A stretch of 64,000 nucleotides of DNA, taken from contig CAVVOP010000008.1 of assembly GCA_963749915.1 (NCBI GenBank), positions 704,001-768,000 of the forward strand, read 5' to 3'. A program made the translations under genes and the position numbers. The notes beneath the pieces are model-generated. The model saw nothing but the letters and a program-made list of their open reading frames with translations, searched no databases and was not told the DNA's origin. Source of the stretch: an uncultured cyanobacterium (GTDB lineage: Bacteria; Cyanobacteriota; Cyanobacteriia; Cyanobacteriales; Cyanobacteriaceae). Position 1 is the stretch's first letter, and each line of letters opens with the position of its first letter. Positions 31,359 through 42,018 of the stretch are shown here, piece after piece.

Positions 31359-31418
31359 GTTGACCTGAGTAAGGCTGACCTGAGTAGGGCTTGTCCGATT
31401 GGGGCTGATCTGATTTAG
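31359..31418 (+). pseudogene. pentapeptide-repeat gene remnant (15-bp repeats)
   Basis: Translates VDLSK-ADLSR-ACPIG-ADLI*. Confidence 0.6.
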
Positions 31419-31473
31419 ATAAAACTACAGTAAATAATGCTCGATTTGGTAGATTAACTATTAACAAAAAATT

Positions 31474-32442
31474 ATGGGACTTCTAATTAATGGTGTTTGG
31501 CATGACCAATGGTACGATACCAGTAAAACTCAAGGTAAATTTGTCCGTCAAGCATCCCAATTCCGTAACTGGATTACTGCCGATGGTAGTGCAGGAATAA
31601 CGGGAAAAGGGGGCTTTAAAGCAGAATCAGGGCGTTATCATCTTTATATCTCATTGGCTTGTCCTTGGGCACATCGCACCTTAATTTTTCGCACTTTAAA
31701 AGGACTAGAGGACATTATACCTATCTCTATCGTCCATTGGTTTATGGGTGAACATGGTTGGACATTCACATTAGGAGAAGGGGTAATACTTGATCCTTTA
31801 TTCAACGCCGAATACCTCCATCAAATATACACCAAAGCTGATGCTAATTATACTGGTAGGGTAACAGTTCCTATTCTTTGGGATAAAGAGACTCAAACCA
31901 TTGTTAATAACGAATCCTCCGAAATTATTCGAATTTTTAATAGTGCCTTTGATGAAATTGGTGCACAGGAAGGCGACTACTATCCTGTAGCCTTGAGAAC
32001 GGAAATTGATAGCTTAAATGAGCGTATATACCACAACATCAATAATGGGGTTTATAAATGCGGTTTTGCCACCACTCAAGAAGCCTACGAGGAAGCCTTA
32101 ATGCCCTTATTTGAAACCTTAGATTGGTTAGAGGAAAAACTTTCTCGTCAACGGTATCTTACTGGCGATCGCATTACAGAAGCAGACTGGCGACTATTTA
32201 CTACTTTAGTTCGTTTCGATGTGGTTTATGTGGGGCATTTTAAATGTAATCTTCGCTGCATCGTTGACTATCCTAATATTTGGAGTTATTTACGAGAACT
32301 TTATCAAATAGAAGGTATTGCCGAGACTGTCAATTTTAAGCACATCAAAGGGCATTACTACGAAAGCCATAAAACTATTAACCCTACTGGAATAGTACCG
32401 TTGGGCCCACAAATTGATTTTTCATTACCTGTCCCTCGATAA
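31474..32442 (+). CDS. glutathionyl-hydroquinone reductase (GST Xi/YqjG family)
   Basis: RYHLYISLACPWAHR, RVTVPILWD, NNESSEI and NNGVYKCGFA. Confidence 0.92.
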   Translation: MGLLINGVWHDQWYDTSKTQGKFVRQASQFRNWITADGSAGITGKGGFKAESGRYHLYISLACPWAHRTLIFRTLKGLEDIIPISIVHWFMGEHGWTFTLGEGVILDPLFNAEYLHQIYTKADANYTGRVTVPILWDKETQTIVNNESSEIIRIFNSAFDEIGAQEGDYYPVALRTEIDSLNERIYHNINNGVYKCGFATTQEAYEEALMPLFETLDWLEEKLSRQRYLTGDRITEADWRLFTTLVRFDVVYVGHFKCNLRCIVDYPNIWSYLRELYQIEGIAETVNFKHIKGHYYESHKTINPTGIVPLGPQIDFSLPVPR

Positions 32443-32710
32443 ATAGATACTGGCAAAGGTTATATTTATTTTGATTGGGAATGAAAAGAAAGAAGAAATA
32501 ACAAATCCTCTAGTTTGGATGCGTAAATATTTCCGGCAAATTTTTATTGGTGAATCATAAATTATTGAGCAAAAAAGAAATTCCTGAATACTGACTCCTG
32601 TATTCCCATCTCAATGATCATTTGATGATCAATTTTCAATTAAACTCACAATTGTGCTAAATAGTTAAATTATAGATATAGTAGCAAAAAAGAGACCTTA
32701 ATAATATTCT

Positions 32711-35317
32711 ATGTCAACTTTAGTCATCGTTGAATCACCTACCAAAGCCAAAACCATCAGAAATTATTTACCTAAAAACTATCAGGTAGAGGCATCTATG
32801 GGGCATATTCGAGATTTACCTTCCTCCGCTGATGAAATTCCTGCCGAGTATAAACAGTATGATTGGGCAAGATTAGGGGTAAATATTGACAATAATTTTG
32901 AGCCAATTTATGTTATCCCTAAGGGTAAAAATAAAACTGTCCAACTATTAAAACAAGCCTTAAAATCTGCCGATGAATTGATATTGGCAACGGATGAAGA
33001 TAGAGAAGGAGAAAGTATTAGTTGGCATTTATTACAACTATTAAAGCCGAAAGTGCCTATTAAGCGCATGGTGTTTCACGAAATCACTAAAGATGCTATT
33101 CAAAAGGCTTTATCGAATTGTCGTGACATTGATGAAAATTTGGTACATGCCCAGGAAACACGACGTATTCTCGATCGCCTAGTGGGTTATACTCTCTCAC
33201 CGCTACTCTGGAAAAAAATCGCCGCAGGATTGTCAGCGGGTAGAGTTCAATCAGTGGCGGTGAGGTTATTAGTACAACGAGAAAGAGAAAGAAGAGCCTT
33301 TAAAGAGGCCCAGTATTGGGATTTAAAGGCGTTATTAAATCATGAAAAAACAGACTTTGAAGCGAAATTAGCCACTCTCAAAGGGCAGAAACTAGCCAAT
33401 GGTAGCGATTTCGATCCCAAAACTGGCAAACTACTTAAAAACAAAAAAGTAATTGTACTAAATGAAAAGGAAGCTACAGAATTAAAAGCCCGTTTGAAAG
33501 GCAAAACATGGCAAGTCGCCGATACAGAAGAAAAAGCCGCCACTCGTAGGCCTTCACCCCCTTTCACAACTTCTACTTTGCAACAGGAGGCTAACCGAAA
33601 ACTGGGATTAGGTGCAAAAGACACCATGCGCATCGCTCAAAGTCTCTATGAAAATGGTTATATTACCTACATGAGAACAGACTCAGTATATCTGTCCGAT
33701 CAGGCCATCGCCGCCGCCCGCAGTTGTGTAGAAGAAATGTATGGTAAACAATATTTAAGTCCACAACCCCGAAAATATAAAACTAAAGCCAAAGGTGCCC
33801 AAGAAGCCCATGAAGCAATACGTCCGGCAGGCAGTACTTTCCGCATTCCTAAAGAAACAGGATTGAAGGATAAGGAACTGGGTTTATACGACTTAATCTG
33901 GAAGCGCACTGTAGCTTGTCAAATGGCAGATGCTAAATTAACTCAAATTATCGTGAATATCGCTGTAGAAGATGCAATTTTTCGATCTTCAGGGAAAAGA
34001 ATCGATTTTGCAGGGTTTTTCCGAGCCTACGTTGAAGGATCAGATGATCCCGAAGCCGCCCTCGAAAATCAAGAGGTAATTTTGCCTAATTTGCAAGTAG
34101 GCGATCAACCTCAATGTAAACAATTAGATGTTGTTCACCACGAAACCCAACCTCCTGCCCGTTACACAGAAGCATCTTTAGTCAAAACCCTTGAAAGTGA
34201 GGGCGTTGGCAGACCAAGTACTTACGCTAGTATTATCGGTACAATCGTCGATCGGGGTTACGCTCAATTACGGAATAAAGCACTAATCCCCACTTTTACC
34301 GCCTTTGCTGTCATCAGCTTATTAGAAAAGAATTTTGCCGAGTTGGTGGATACTAAATTTACCTCCAAAATGGAACAAAGTCTCGATGATATTGCCTCTG
34401 GAAGTGAACAATGGTTGCCTTACCTTGACAAATTTTATCGGGGGGAAAACGGCTTACAAAATCAGGTAAAAGTCAGAGAAACAGAAATTGATCCTCAAAG
34501 TGCCAAAGCGATACCATTAGAGAATATAGACGTGACGGTGAAAATAGGGAAATTCGGTCCCTATTTTGAGGCGAATTACGGCGAAGAAGTCGTTAAATCT
34601 TCAATTCCAGTGGATCTTACTCCCTCAGATCTTGATCCTACAAGAATCGAATTATTATTGAAACAAAAAGTAGAAGGTCCTCCTCAATTAGGGATTCATC
34701 CCGAAACCGGATTGCCCATTTATTTATTAATCGGCACTTACGGTCCTTATGTACAATTAGGAGATCAACCTCAAGGCAAAGCCAAAAAACCGAAAACTGC
34801 TTCTTTCCCTAAAGGTGTTAAAGCGGAAGATATTACCTTAGACATGGCGATAGGTTACTTAACCCTACCTCGAACATTAGGAGAGCATCCAGACACAGGA
34901 AAACCCATTAAAGCGAGTTTAGGACGTTTTGGTGCTTATGTAGTTCATGATCAGGGCACAGAGGGCAAAGATTATCGCTCATTGAAAAAAGAAGATGATG
35001 TGTTAACCATTACTTTAAAACGTGCCTTAGAATTATTAGCACAACCTAAAACCACAAGAGGCAGAAGAGGTGCCAATAAACAACCCTTAAAAGAATTAGG
35101 ATTACACCCTGATGATAAAGAACCAGTCAACATTTATCAAGGTCCTTACGGAGTGTATTTTAAACACGGTAAAACTAATGTTAAATTACCTGAAGGAGAG
35201 ACGGTAGAAAGTATGAATTTAGACAAGGCCTTATTACTTTTAAAAGGTAAAACTTCAGCTTCTAAAAAAACACCTACTAAAAAAGCTACTACTAAAAAAG
35301 CCACTACTAAAAAATGA
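32711..35317 (+). CDS. topA: DNA topoisomerase I
   Basis: [43 protein letters not shown]; Lys-rich tail. Confidence 0.97.
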   Translation: MSTLVIVESPTKAKTIRNYLPKNYQVEASMGHIRDLPSSADEIPAEYKQYDWARLGVNIDNNFEPIYVIPKGKNKTVQLLKQALKSADELILATDEDREGESISWHLLQLLKPKVPIKRMVFHEITKDAIQKALSNCRDIDENLVHAQETRRILDRLVGYTLSPLLWKKIAAGLSAGRVQSVAVRLLVQRERERRAFKEAQYWDLKALLNHEKTDFEAKLATLKGQKLANGSDFDPKTGKLLKNKKVIVLNEKEATELKARLKGKTWQVADTEEKAATRRPSPPFTTSTLQQEANRKLGLGAKDTMRIAQSLYENGYITYMRTDSVYLSDQAIAAARSCVEEMYGKQYLSPQPRKYKTKAKGAQEAHEAIRPAGSTFRIPKETGLKDKELGLYDLIWKRTVACQMADAKLTQIIVNIAVEDAIFRSSGKRIDFAGFFRAYVEGSDDPEAALENQEVILPNLQVGDQPQCKQLDVVHHETQPPARYTEASLVKTLESEGVGRPSTYASIIGTIVDRGYAQLRNKALIPTFTAFAVISLLEKNFAELVDTKFTSKMEQSLDDIASGSEQWLPYLDKFYRGENGLQNQVKVRETEIDPQSAKAIPLENIDVTVKIGKFGPYFEANYGEEVVKSSIPVDLTPSDLDPTRIELLLKQKVEGPPQLGIHPETGLPIYLLIGTYGPYVQLGDQPQGKAKKPKTASFPKGVKAEDITLDMAIGYLTLPRTLGEHPDTGKPIKASLGRFGAYVVHDQGTEGKDYRSLKKEDDVLTITLKRALELLAQPKTTRGRRGANKQPLKELGLHPDDKEPVNIYQGPYGVYFKHGKTNVKLPEGETVESMNLDKALLLLKGKTSASKKTPTKKATTKKATTKK

Positions 35318-35418
35318 GTTTGGGGTTGTAACAAGGTTATTTACATTTTTTGCGAACTTCTGATTGCACCTGTCCTTCTCCAATTCTCGATATTTTTCCT
35401 TAACAACAAATCACCGTA

Positions 35419-38400
35419 ATGCACCGAATCCCAGCAATCCCCGGCGGATGGAATCCCAATACCGAAGGGGTAATTATTATTGAGCAAAATCCTGCACCTA
35501 TTATTTTTTTAACCAGCGCCGACACCGATATAAAAACCATCGCCGCCAGTGTCGAAAATTTACCCGCGGATTTTCCTGCCATTCGGGTAGCAAATTTATT
35601 GCAACTACAGCAGGAATTGACCATTGATACCTACGCACAAGAAGTTTTATCAAAGGCGAAGGTCATTATTTTGCGGTTGTTGGGGGGAAGAAGTTATTGG
35701 AGTTATGGCTTGGAAGTCTGTAAAGAGATAGTTAGTCAGACTAAAGCCCCATTGCTTATTTTACCCGGCGACGATCGCCCTGACATTGAGTTAATCAGTC
35801 ATTCTAATATTTCCTTGTCTAAGGTAAATCAATTTTGGCAATATTTAACTGAGGGAGGAGTAGAAAATTTTATCAACGGATTTAAGTTTATTAGCGATAG
35901 TTTTTTCCAGACTAATTTCAAGCCAAATCAAGCTCGATCGATTCATCGTTTAGGTATTTATAAAATCGTCAATAATGAATTGACTACCTATAATATTGAC
36001 GTTGCTATTATATTTTATCGCTCTCATTACCTATCAGGAAATACTAAGCCTATTCACGCATTATATAAAGCCTTAGAAAAACAAAATTTAAGCAGTATAT
36101 CTATTTATTTATCTTCCCTTCAAGAGACAGATATTCAAGAAGAATTAATAAAATTATTACAATATCATCAAGTCAAATTAATTTTAAATACTACTAGCTT
36201 TTCAGTGGCAAAAATCGGCTACGAAACTAACGCCAAAATTTGGCAAACTTTAGATATACCAGTTTTACAAGTTATCTTAAGTGGCAGTACTCAAGAATAT
36301 TGGCAAGATAACTTTCAAGGCTTATCACCAAGAGATGTAGCCATGAATGTCGCTTTACCAGAAGTTGACGGAAGAATAATAACAAGGGCAATTTCTTTTA
36401 AATCTGTGGCGACTTGGAATCCTCAATTAGAAACAGATATTGTGGAATATAAACCATTAGAAAATCGAATTAATTATGTAGCTAAATTAGCAAGAAAATG
36501 GGTTAATTTAAGTGCTATTAGTAATTCTGAAAAAAAAGTTGCTTTAATTTTAGCTAATTATCCCAACAAAGATGGAAGAATTGCTAATGGTGTTGGTTTG
36601 GATACCCCAGCTAGTTGCATTAATATCTTAAATGCTTTACTCGAAAATGGTTATCAAGTTAATGATATTCCTGATAATGGCGACAAGTTAATTTTTAAGT
36701 TAATTGAGGGGGTAACAAATGACTTAGAAATGCAATCTCATCGTCAAGTTAATCAATATTTATCTTTAACAGACTATCAAAATTATTTTCAAACTTTATC
36801 TTTAGAAATTCAACAACAAATTAGCAATAGATGGGGCGATATTAGTCAATTATCTAATGAATTTGCTCCCCCTCTTTTCAACTCTACTATTAATAAGAGC
36901 AATTCCCCCGTCTTCGACACCCCCCTTAATAAGGGGGGAGCATTTATCCCCATTTCGGGTTTACAATTAGGTAATATTTTTATCGGCATTCAGCCATCAA
37001 GAGGTTATGATTTAGACCCTAGTTTAAGCTATCACGCCCCGGATTTAGAGCCAACCCATCATTATTTAGCCTTTTATTATTGGGTGCGAGAAATTTTCAA
37101 AGCTGATGCTATTATTCATGTGGGAAAACATGGTAATTTAGAATGGTTACCAGGTAAAAGTTTAGTTTTATCAGAAAATTGTTACCCTGAAATTACTTTA
37201 GATACCTTACCTAATTTTTATCCTTTTATTGTAAATGATCCGGGGGAAGGTTCACAGGCAAAAAGAAGGGCAAATGCGGTGATTTTAGATCATTTAACTC
37301 CCCCTTTAACTCGTGCAGAATTATATAAAGAATTACTAGAATTAGAGGCTTTAATTGATGAATATTATCAGGCACAAAGTCTTAATCCCAGTCGTTTAAG
37401 AATTATCGGTGATCGCATTTTGAATTTAATTAAAGAAACAAATTTAAATCAAGATTTAGCCATTCAAGAGGTAAATAGAGATAGTTTAACGCAATTTTTA
37501 ACCGTTGCTGATGGTTATTTATGTGAGTTAAAAGATGCTCAAATTAGAGATGGTTTACATATTTTTGGTCAATGTCCACATGGCAGACAATTAAGAGATT
37601 TAATCATAGCAATCGCTCGTTTTAGCAGTTATAATAATTTAGGATTAATTGAAGCAATAAAACAAGACTTGGAGTCTTCTATTCTCCCCTTAGAAATAGA
37701 TTTATATACTCCTAAATTCCCATTAAAAACAGAGATTAACGAAAAAATAAATCCTTCAAATAATAGTCTAGAATTATCTGATAGAGGGGCGGAAGAATAT
37801 ATAGAAAATCTTGCTTGTGCATTGATAGAAAAACTTATAAAAGAAGAAAATTATCAATCAATTAATTTAGGAAAACATACCGAAAAACAACTTAATTGGA
37901 TAGCTAATAACTTGTTACCTAACTTAAGAAAAACTGATCGAGAAATCACTAATTTAATCAGAGGATTAGAAGGCAAATTTATCCCCAGTGGTTCATCTGG
38001 TGCACCAACGAGAGGCAGGGCTGACGTTTTACCAACAGGACGCAACTTTTACTCAGTAGATATAAGAGCAATTCCTAGTGAAACGGCTTGGGATGTGGGA
38101 AGAAAGGCAGCAGAAGCGGTTATCGGACGTTATACCCAAGAAAACGGCGAATATCCCCGAACTTTGGCGATTTCTGTGTGGGGTACATCTACCATGCGCA
38201 CGGGAGGGGATGACATTGCCCAAATTATGGCTTTAATGGGAGTAAAACCTGTGTGGGATGGCGTTACTCGTAGGGTTGTGGACTATGAAATTATCCCTCT
38301 TTCCATATTAGGAAGACCTCGTGTTGATGTGACGGTGAGAGTATCGGGCTTTTTTCGTGACGGATTCCCCAATCTACTGGAACTATTATATAAAGCGATC

Positions 38401-39240
38401 GTAGATTTGTCAACCCTTACGGAAGAAAAAGAACAAAATCCCCTTGCTTTACAAGTAGAAAAAGACACTAAATATTGGTTAGATCAAGGATTAGAAAAAA
38501 ATCAAGCAAATGAAAGAGCAACTTATCGCTTATTTGGCTCAAAACCCGGAGCTTATGGTGCAGGATTACAAGGTTTAATTGAGTCACAAAATTGGGAAAC
38601 TGACGCTGATTTAGCCAAGGCTTATTCAAACTGGAGTAGTTATGCTTATGTTGGTAGTAAAGGGTTGTCTATGCCTGAAGTTTTTGAACAAAGATTGAAG
38701 GAATTACAAATAGTTTTACATAACCAGGATAACCGAGAACATGACTTATTGGATTCTGACGATTATTACCAATTTCAAGGAGGATTAACTGCAGCGGTTA
38801 GACACTTAAAAGGGGAAAATCCCGTCACTTATTTTGGTGATAATTCTCAACCTAATAATCCAAAAGTTAGGGCGTTACAAGAAGAAATTGCTAGGGTTTA
38901 TCGCAGTCGAGTTATTAACCCTAAATGGATAGATGGGGTTATGAGACATGGTTATAAAGGGGCCTTTGAAATGAGTGCCACTGTTGACTATTTATTTGCC
39001 TATTCTGCCACTACTAAATCAGTGCCAGATTTTATGTATGAAGGAGTTGCCGAAAGTTATTTATTTGATGAAAAAGTACAGGAATTTATTCAAGAGAAAA
39101 ATCCCTGGGCATTAAGAGATATTGCGGAAAGATTAATCGAAGCCTCTCAACGAAATTTATGGCAAAATGTCAGTCAAGAAATGTTAGATAAATTGAGGAG
39201 TATTGCCCATGAATCGGAAGCAAAAATCGAGAGTTTATAA
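35419..39240 (+). CDS. cobN: cobaltochelatase subunit CobN
   Basis: MHRI..IPGGW, VALPEVDG, HVGKHGNLEWLPGK, LPTGRNF and DNREHDLLDSDDY. Confidence 0.95.
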   Translation: MHRIPAIPGGWNPNTEGVIIIEQNPAPIIFLTSADTDIKTIAASVENLPADFPAIRVANLLQLQQELTIDTYAQEVLSKAKVIILRLLGGRSYWSYGLEVCKEIVSQTKAPLLILPGDDRPDIELISHSNISLSKVNQFWQYLTEGGVENFINGFKFISDSFFQTNFKPNQARSIHRLGIYKIVNNELTTYNIDVAIIFYRSHYLSGNTKPIHALYKALEKQNLSSISIYLSSLQETDIQEELIKLLQYHQVKLILNTTSFSVAKIGYETNAKIWQTLDIPVLQVILSGSTQEYWQDNFQGLSPRDVAMNVALPEVDGRIITRAISFKSVATWNPQLETDIVEYKPLENRINYVAKLARKWVNLSAISNSEKKVALILANYPNKDGRIANGVGLDTPASCINILNALLENGYQVNDIPDNGDKLIFKLIEGVTNDLEMQSHRQVNQYLSLTDYQNYFQTLSLEIQQQISNRWGDISQLSNEFAPPLFNSTINKSNSPVFDTPLNKGGAFIPISGLQLGNIFIGIQPSRGYDLDPSLSYHAPDLEPTHHYLAFYYWVREIFKADAIIHVGKHGNLEWLPGKSLVLSENCYPEITLDTLPNFYPFIVNDPGEGSQAKRRANAVILDHLTPPLTRAELYKELLELEALIDEYYQAQSLNPSRLRIIGDRILNLIKETNLNQDLAIQEVNRDSLTQFLTVADGYLCELKDAQIRDGLHIFGQCPHGRQLRDLIIAIARFSSYNNLGLIEAIKQDLESSILPLEIDLYTPKFPLKTEINEKINPSNNSLELSDRGAEEYIENLACALIEKLIKEENYQSINLGKHTEKQLNWIANNLLPNLRKTDREITNLIRGLEGKFIPSGSSGAPTRGRADVLPTGRNFYSVDIRAIPSETAWDVGRKAAEAVIGRYTQENGEYPRTLAISVWGTSTMRTGGDDIAQIMALMGVKPVWDGVTRRVVDYEIIPLSILGRPRVDVTVRVSGFFRDGFPNLLELLYKAIVDLSTLTEEKEQNPLALQVEKDTKYWLDQGLEKNQANERATYRLFGSKPGAYGAGLQGLIESQNWETDADLAKAYSNWSSYAYVGSKGLSMPEVFEQRLKELQIVLHNQDNREHDLLDSDDYYQFQGGLTAAVRHLKGENPVTYFGDNSQPNNPKVRALQEEIARVYRSRVINPKWIDGVMRHGYKGAFEMSATVDYLFAYSATTKSVPDFMYEGVAESYLFDEKVQEFIQEKNPWALRDIAERLIEASQRNLWQNVSQEMLDKLRSIAHESEAKIESL
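36861..36945. mobile_element. in-frame 77-bp palindromic insertion in cobN
   Basis: ATTT direct repeats flank GCTCCCCC...GGGGGAGC; contains CCCCCCTTAATAAGGGGGG; net 81 bp. Confidence 0.65.
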
Positions 39241-39319
39241 TCATAAATAATAAAAAAAGTAACTGTCAACTCAACTGATTTGATGTATTTTCAAAAAAGT
39301 AGCTAACTAATTCTTTCTA

Positions 39320-39991
39320 TTATTCCCTTAAAACATAACCAACAGCTCTAACGGTTTGAATAATTCTTTTTTCTTTATTGGATTCTAATTTTAACCGTAA
39401 ATAACGCACATAAACCTCAATAATATTAGAATCTCCTCCAAAATCATAACCCCAAACTCTTTCTAATATTTGATCCCTTGTTAATACTTGTCGAGGATGA
39501 GAGATGAAATACTCCATTAAATCATATTCAGTAGCGGTTAATTCGATCAAGCGATCGCCTCTTTTAACTTCACGGGTACGGCGGTTAAGGGTAAGATCAA
39601 GGAATTGTAGTTGATCGGGATCTTCTTCATGGCTGCGGCGTAAATGGGCACGGAATCTTGCCAATAATTCTTCAATGCTAAAGGGTTTCACTATGTAATC
39701 ATCCGCCCCTGCGTCTAATCCTGCGACTCGATCGCTAATTTCGTCCTTGGCAGTTAATAATATAATGGGGGTTTTACTGCCTGTTAAACGGAGACGACGA
39801 CAAACTTCTAACCCAGAAATACCCGGCAACATCCAATCGAGGAGAATTAAATCAGCATTACTTTCTCTGGCGGTGGTTAAACCCGTCATACCATCATTAG
39901 CGACAATTACTTCATAACCTTCATATTGCAATTCTAATTCTAAAAATTTTGCTAGTTTTTGTTCATCTTCTATCACTAAAATTTTATTCAT
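39320..39991 (-). CDS. OmpR/PhoB-family response regulator
   Basis: Receiver (LLDWMLPG, GADDYIVKPF) plus winged helix (NIIEVYVRYLRLKL, IQTVRAVGY). Confidence 0.93.
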   Translation of the reverse strand: MNKILVIEDEQKLAKFLELELQYEGYEVIVANDGMTGLTTARESNADLILLDWMLPGISGLEVCRRLRLTGSKTPIILLTAKDEISDRVAGLDAGADDYIVKPFSIEELLARFRAHLRRSHEEDPDQLQFLDLTLNRRTREVKRGDRLIELTATEYDLMEYFISHPRQVLTRDQILERVWGYDFGGDSNIIEVYVRYLRLKLESNKEKRIIQTVRAVGYVLRE

Positions 39992-41054
39992 AATTAATTG
40001 GACCTAAAATATTGTTTAATGTTCTTAATTGTTCTGCTGTACCTATACAAATTAAAGAATCCCCCGCCTCTAAAATACTATCTCCCGTGGGTCCTACTAT
40101 TAAAGTACCATCATAACGACGAATAACAATCACCAACGCCCCCGATTTTGCCCTTAATTGCGCTTGTGCAAGGCTTTGACCGGTACAAGGACAATGATCT
40201 GAATCTAACAAAAATTCTTCTAAATAAAAAGATTTCTCTCCCCCAGCGAAAATTCCATCGACAAAATCCATTACTTGTGGACGCAATGCCGCCGCCGCTA
40301 ATCTTTTCCCACCAGTAATATAAGGTGATACAACTATATCTGCCCCTGCCCGTTCTAATTTTTTTACCGCTTCTTCTGTACTAGCCCTCGCGATGGCACG
40401 AATTTGGGGATTAAGAGCTTTTGCGGACATAACAGTATATAAATTATCGGCATCGGAACTCAAAGCCGCTACAATGCAAATAGCTTTGTCAATTTTTGCC
40501 AAATATAAGTATTCATCGAGGGTTGCATCTCCTTGGACAATTAAATACCCTTGTTGTTGGGCTTTTTCAATCTCATCTAATTCCAAATCAATGATAATAA
40601 ACGGGATATTTTCCGCTGCGAATTCTCGGGCAACATAAGTGCCAGTGCGTCCAAAACCGCATAATATGTAATGGTTGAATAATTTATCAATCACGTTCCT
40701 TTTTTGCCTTAAACGAATACTTTCTTGAAAATAACCTTGTAGAAATGCCTCTGTAAATCGATTAACTAAATAACCGATGACGATAATACCCATTAAGATT
40801 AAAACCATTGTAAACAATCGAGAGTTATCGTTAAGGGGATTGATTTCTCCAAAGCCTACAGTGGATAAGGTAATTATAGTCATATAAGCCGAATCTATTA
40901 ACGACCATTTTTCCACCAACCAAAACCACATCGTACCCGTCAGAAACACTACTCCTAAAAGTATCGAACCAATAAAGAGTTCTCTCCTTAATCTTAGATA
41001 GCTTTCTTCTAAACTATATTTAGTTACTTTGGGCTTTCTGAAAAATATCTTCGT
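39984..41054 (-). CDS. potassium channel with TrkA-N/TrkA-C (RCK) domains; conserved frame extends 35 codons upstream of the first GTG (40949)
   Basis: TLSTVGFGE selectivity filter, CGFGRTG, GDAT; open frame from ACG at 41054 after AGGAG. Confidence 0.85.
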   Translation of the reverse strand, partial: TKIFFRKPKVTKYSLEESYLRLRRELFIGSILLGVVFLTGTMWFWLVEKWSLIDSAYMTIITLSTVGFGEINPLNDNSRLFTMVLILMGIIVIGYLVNRFTEAFLQGYFQESIRLRQKRNVIDKLFNHYILCGFGRTGTYVAREFAAENIPFIIIDLELDEIEKAQQQGYLIVQGDATLDEYLYLAKIDKAICIVAALSSDADNLYTVMSAKALNPQIRAIARASTEEAVKKLERAGADIVVSPYITGGKRLAAAALRPQVMDFVDGIFAGGEKSFYLEEFLLDSDHCPCTGQSLAQAQLRAKSGALVIVIRRYDGTLIVGPTGDSILEAGDSLICIGTAEQLRTLNNILGPINYE

Positions 41055-42018
41055 TAGCTCCTAATTTTTAAAGGTGAACGGAATCCATTTTACTTAACCG
41101 ATTATAGTCCAGTTTTAACCCGTTCAAAGTATAGAATAAAAAAACCTTAAACTAACACAAACACCCCTCCCCCCCAATCTGTTTCTTGAAAGTTTTAGGA
41201 GAGGTCTGGTAGAGAAGAACATTCTCCATAAGTATATGTACTTAGATATGCGGGTTACAGATTCTTGTTTTGTTATCTTTTGCGTATAACCAACTAGGTT
41301 ATCATCGGGATTTCATAACAAATTCTTAGTAAATATTACAAATATTCTCCCCAAAACCAAAAAGGTTTGCTAACCTGGAGGTAAGGGAAAATTCGCTAAT
41401 TGATTAAAGGGAACCTATGTCCTATCGCAGGCCTTCTTTCTTTGGGGCTTTTCATAATAAAAAATATCACTGATGGATGCCATTTTCTGTGAAATTCATT
41501 ACAATATCTAAAGATTGTACTAATAAAACTTCTTGGAAAACTCAAAGAAGGCCGAATGGTCAAATCTTGGTTATGTGGTGATTGATTAGCGAACTGATCA
41601 AACAAAAAAATCATGTTACCGACCGTAACGGCGTTTTTCCTGTTCACCAATAATTCAGTTTTATGCAATTTGTCTTTAAACAAATTAACTATATCAGACT
41701 ATTGACTATCTCGAAGATAGTCTAGGGGATTTGCCGAATAACGGTGAAATCCAACCCTTTTCAAGGGCTTCCCCGACCATTATTATTGCCCAACACAACC
41801 ACAGGTTTACTTCCCCAATACCAATGATTCTATCGGATTCTGCTGTTTTTAAGTATTTAACCCGTTCGCAAAATTCTGTGATGTTAGCTACTTACAACGG
41901 TGGAATGGTCCGCTGTGGGCGTAAAAATGATGGACGTGTGTGGGGGAGAATAAGTAGAATCCAATTTTAACAATCCATCTTCTAGGTAAATTTTCATAAG
42001 GAGTAAGAGGAAAACGGC

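Noticed and set aside
35262..35314. KKATT repeats at the end of topA
   Set aside because: Ordinary Lys-rich tail of cyanobacterial TopA
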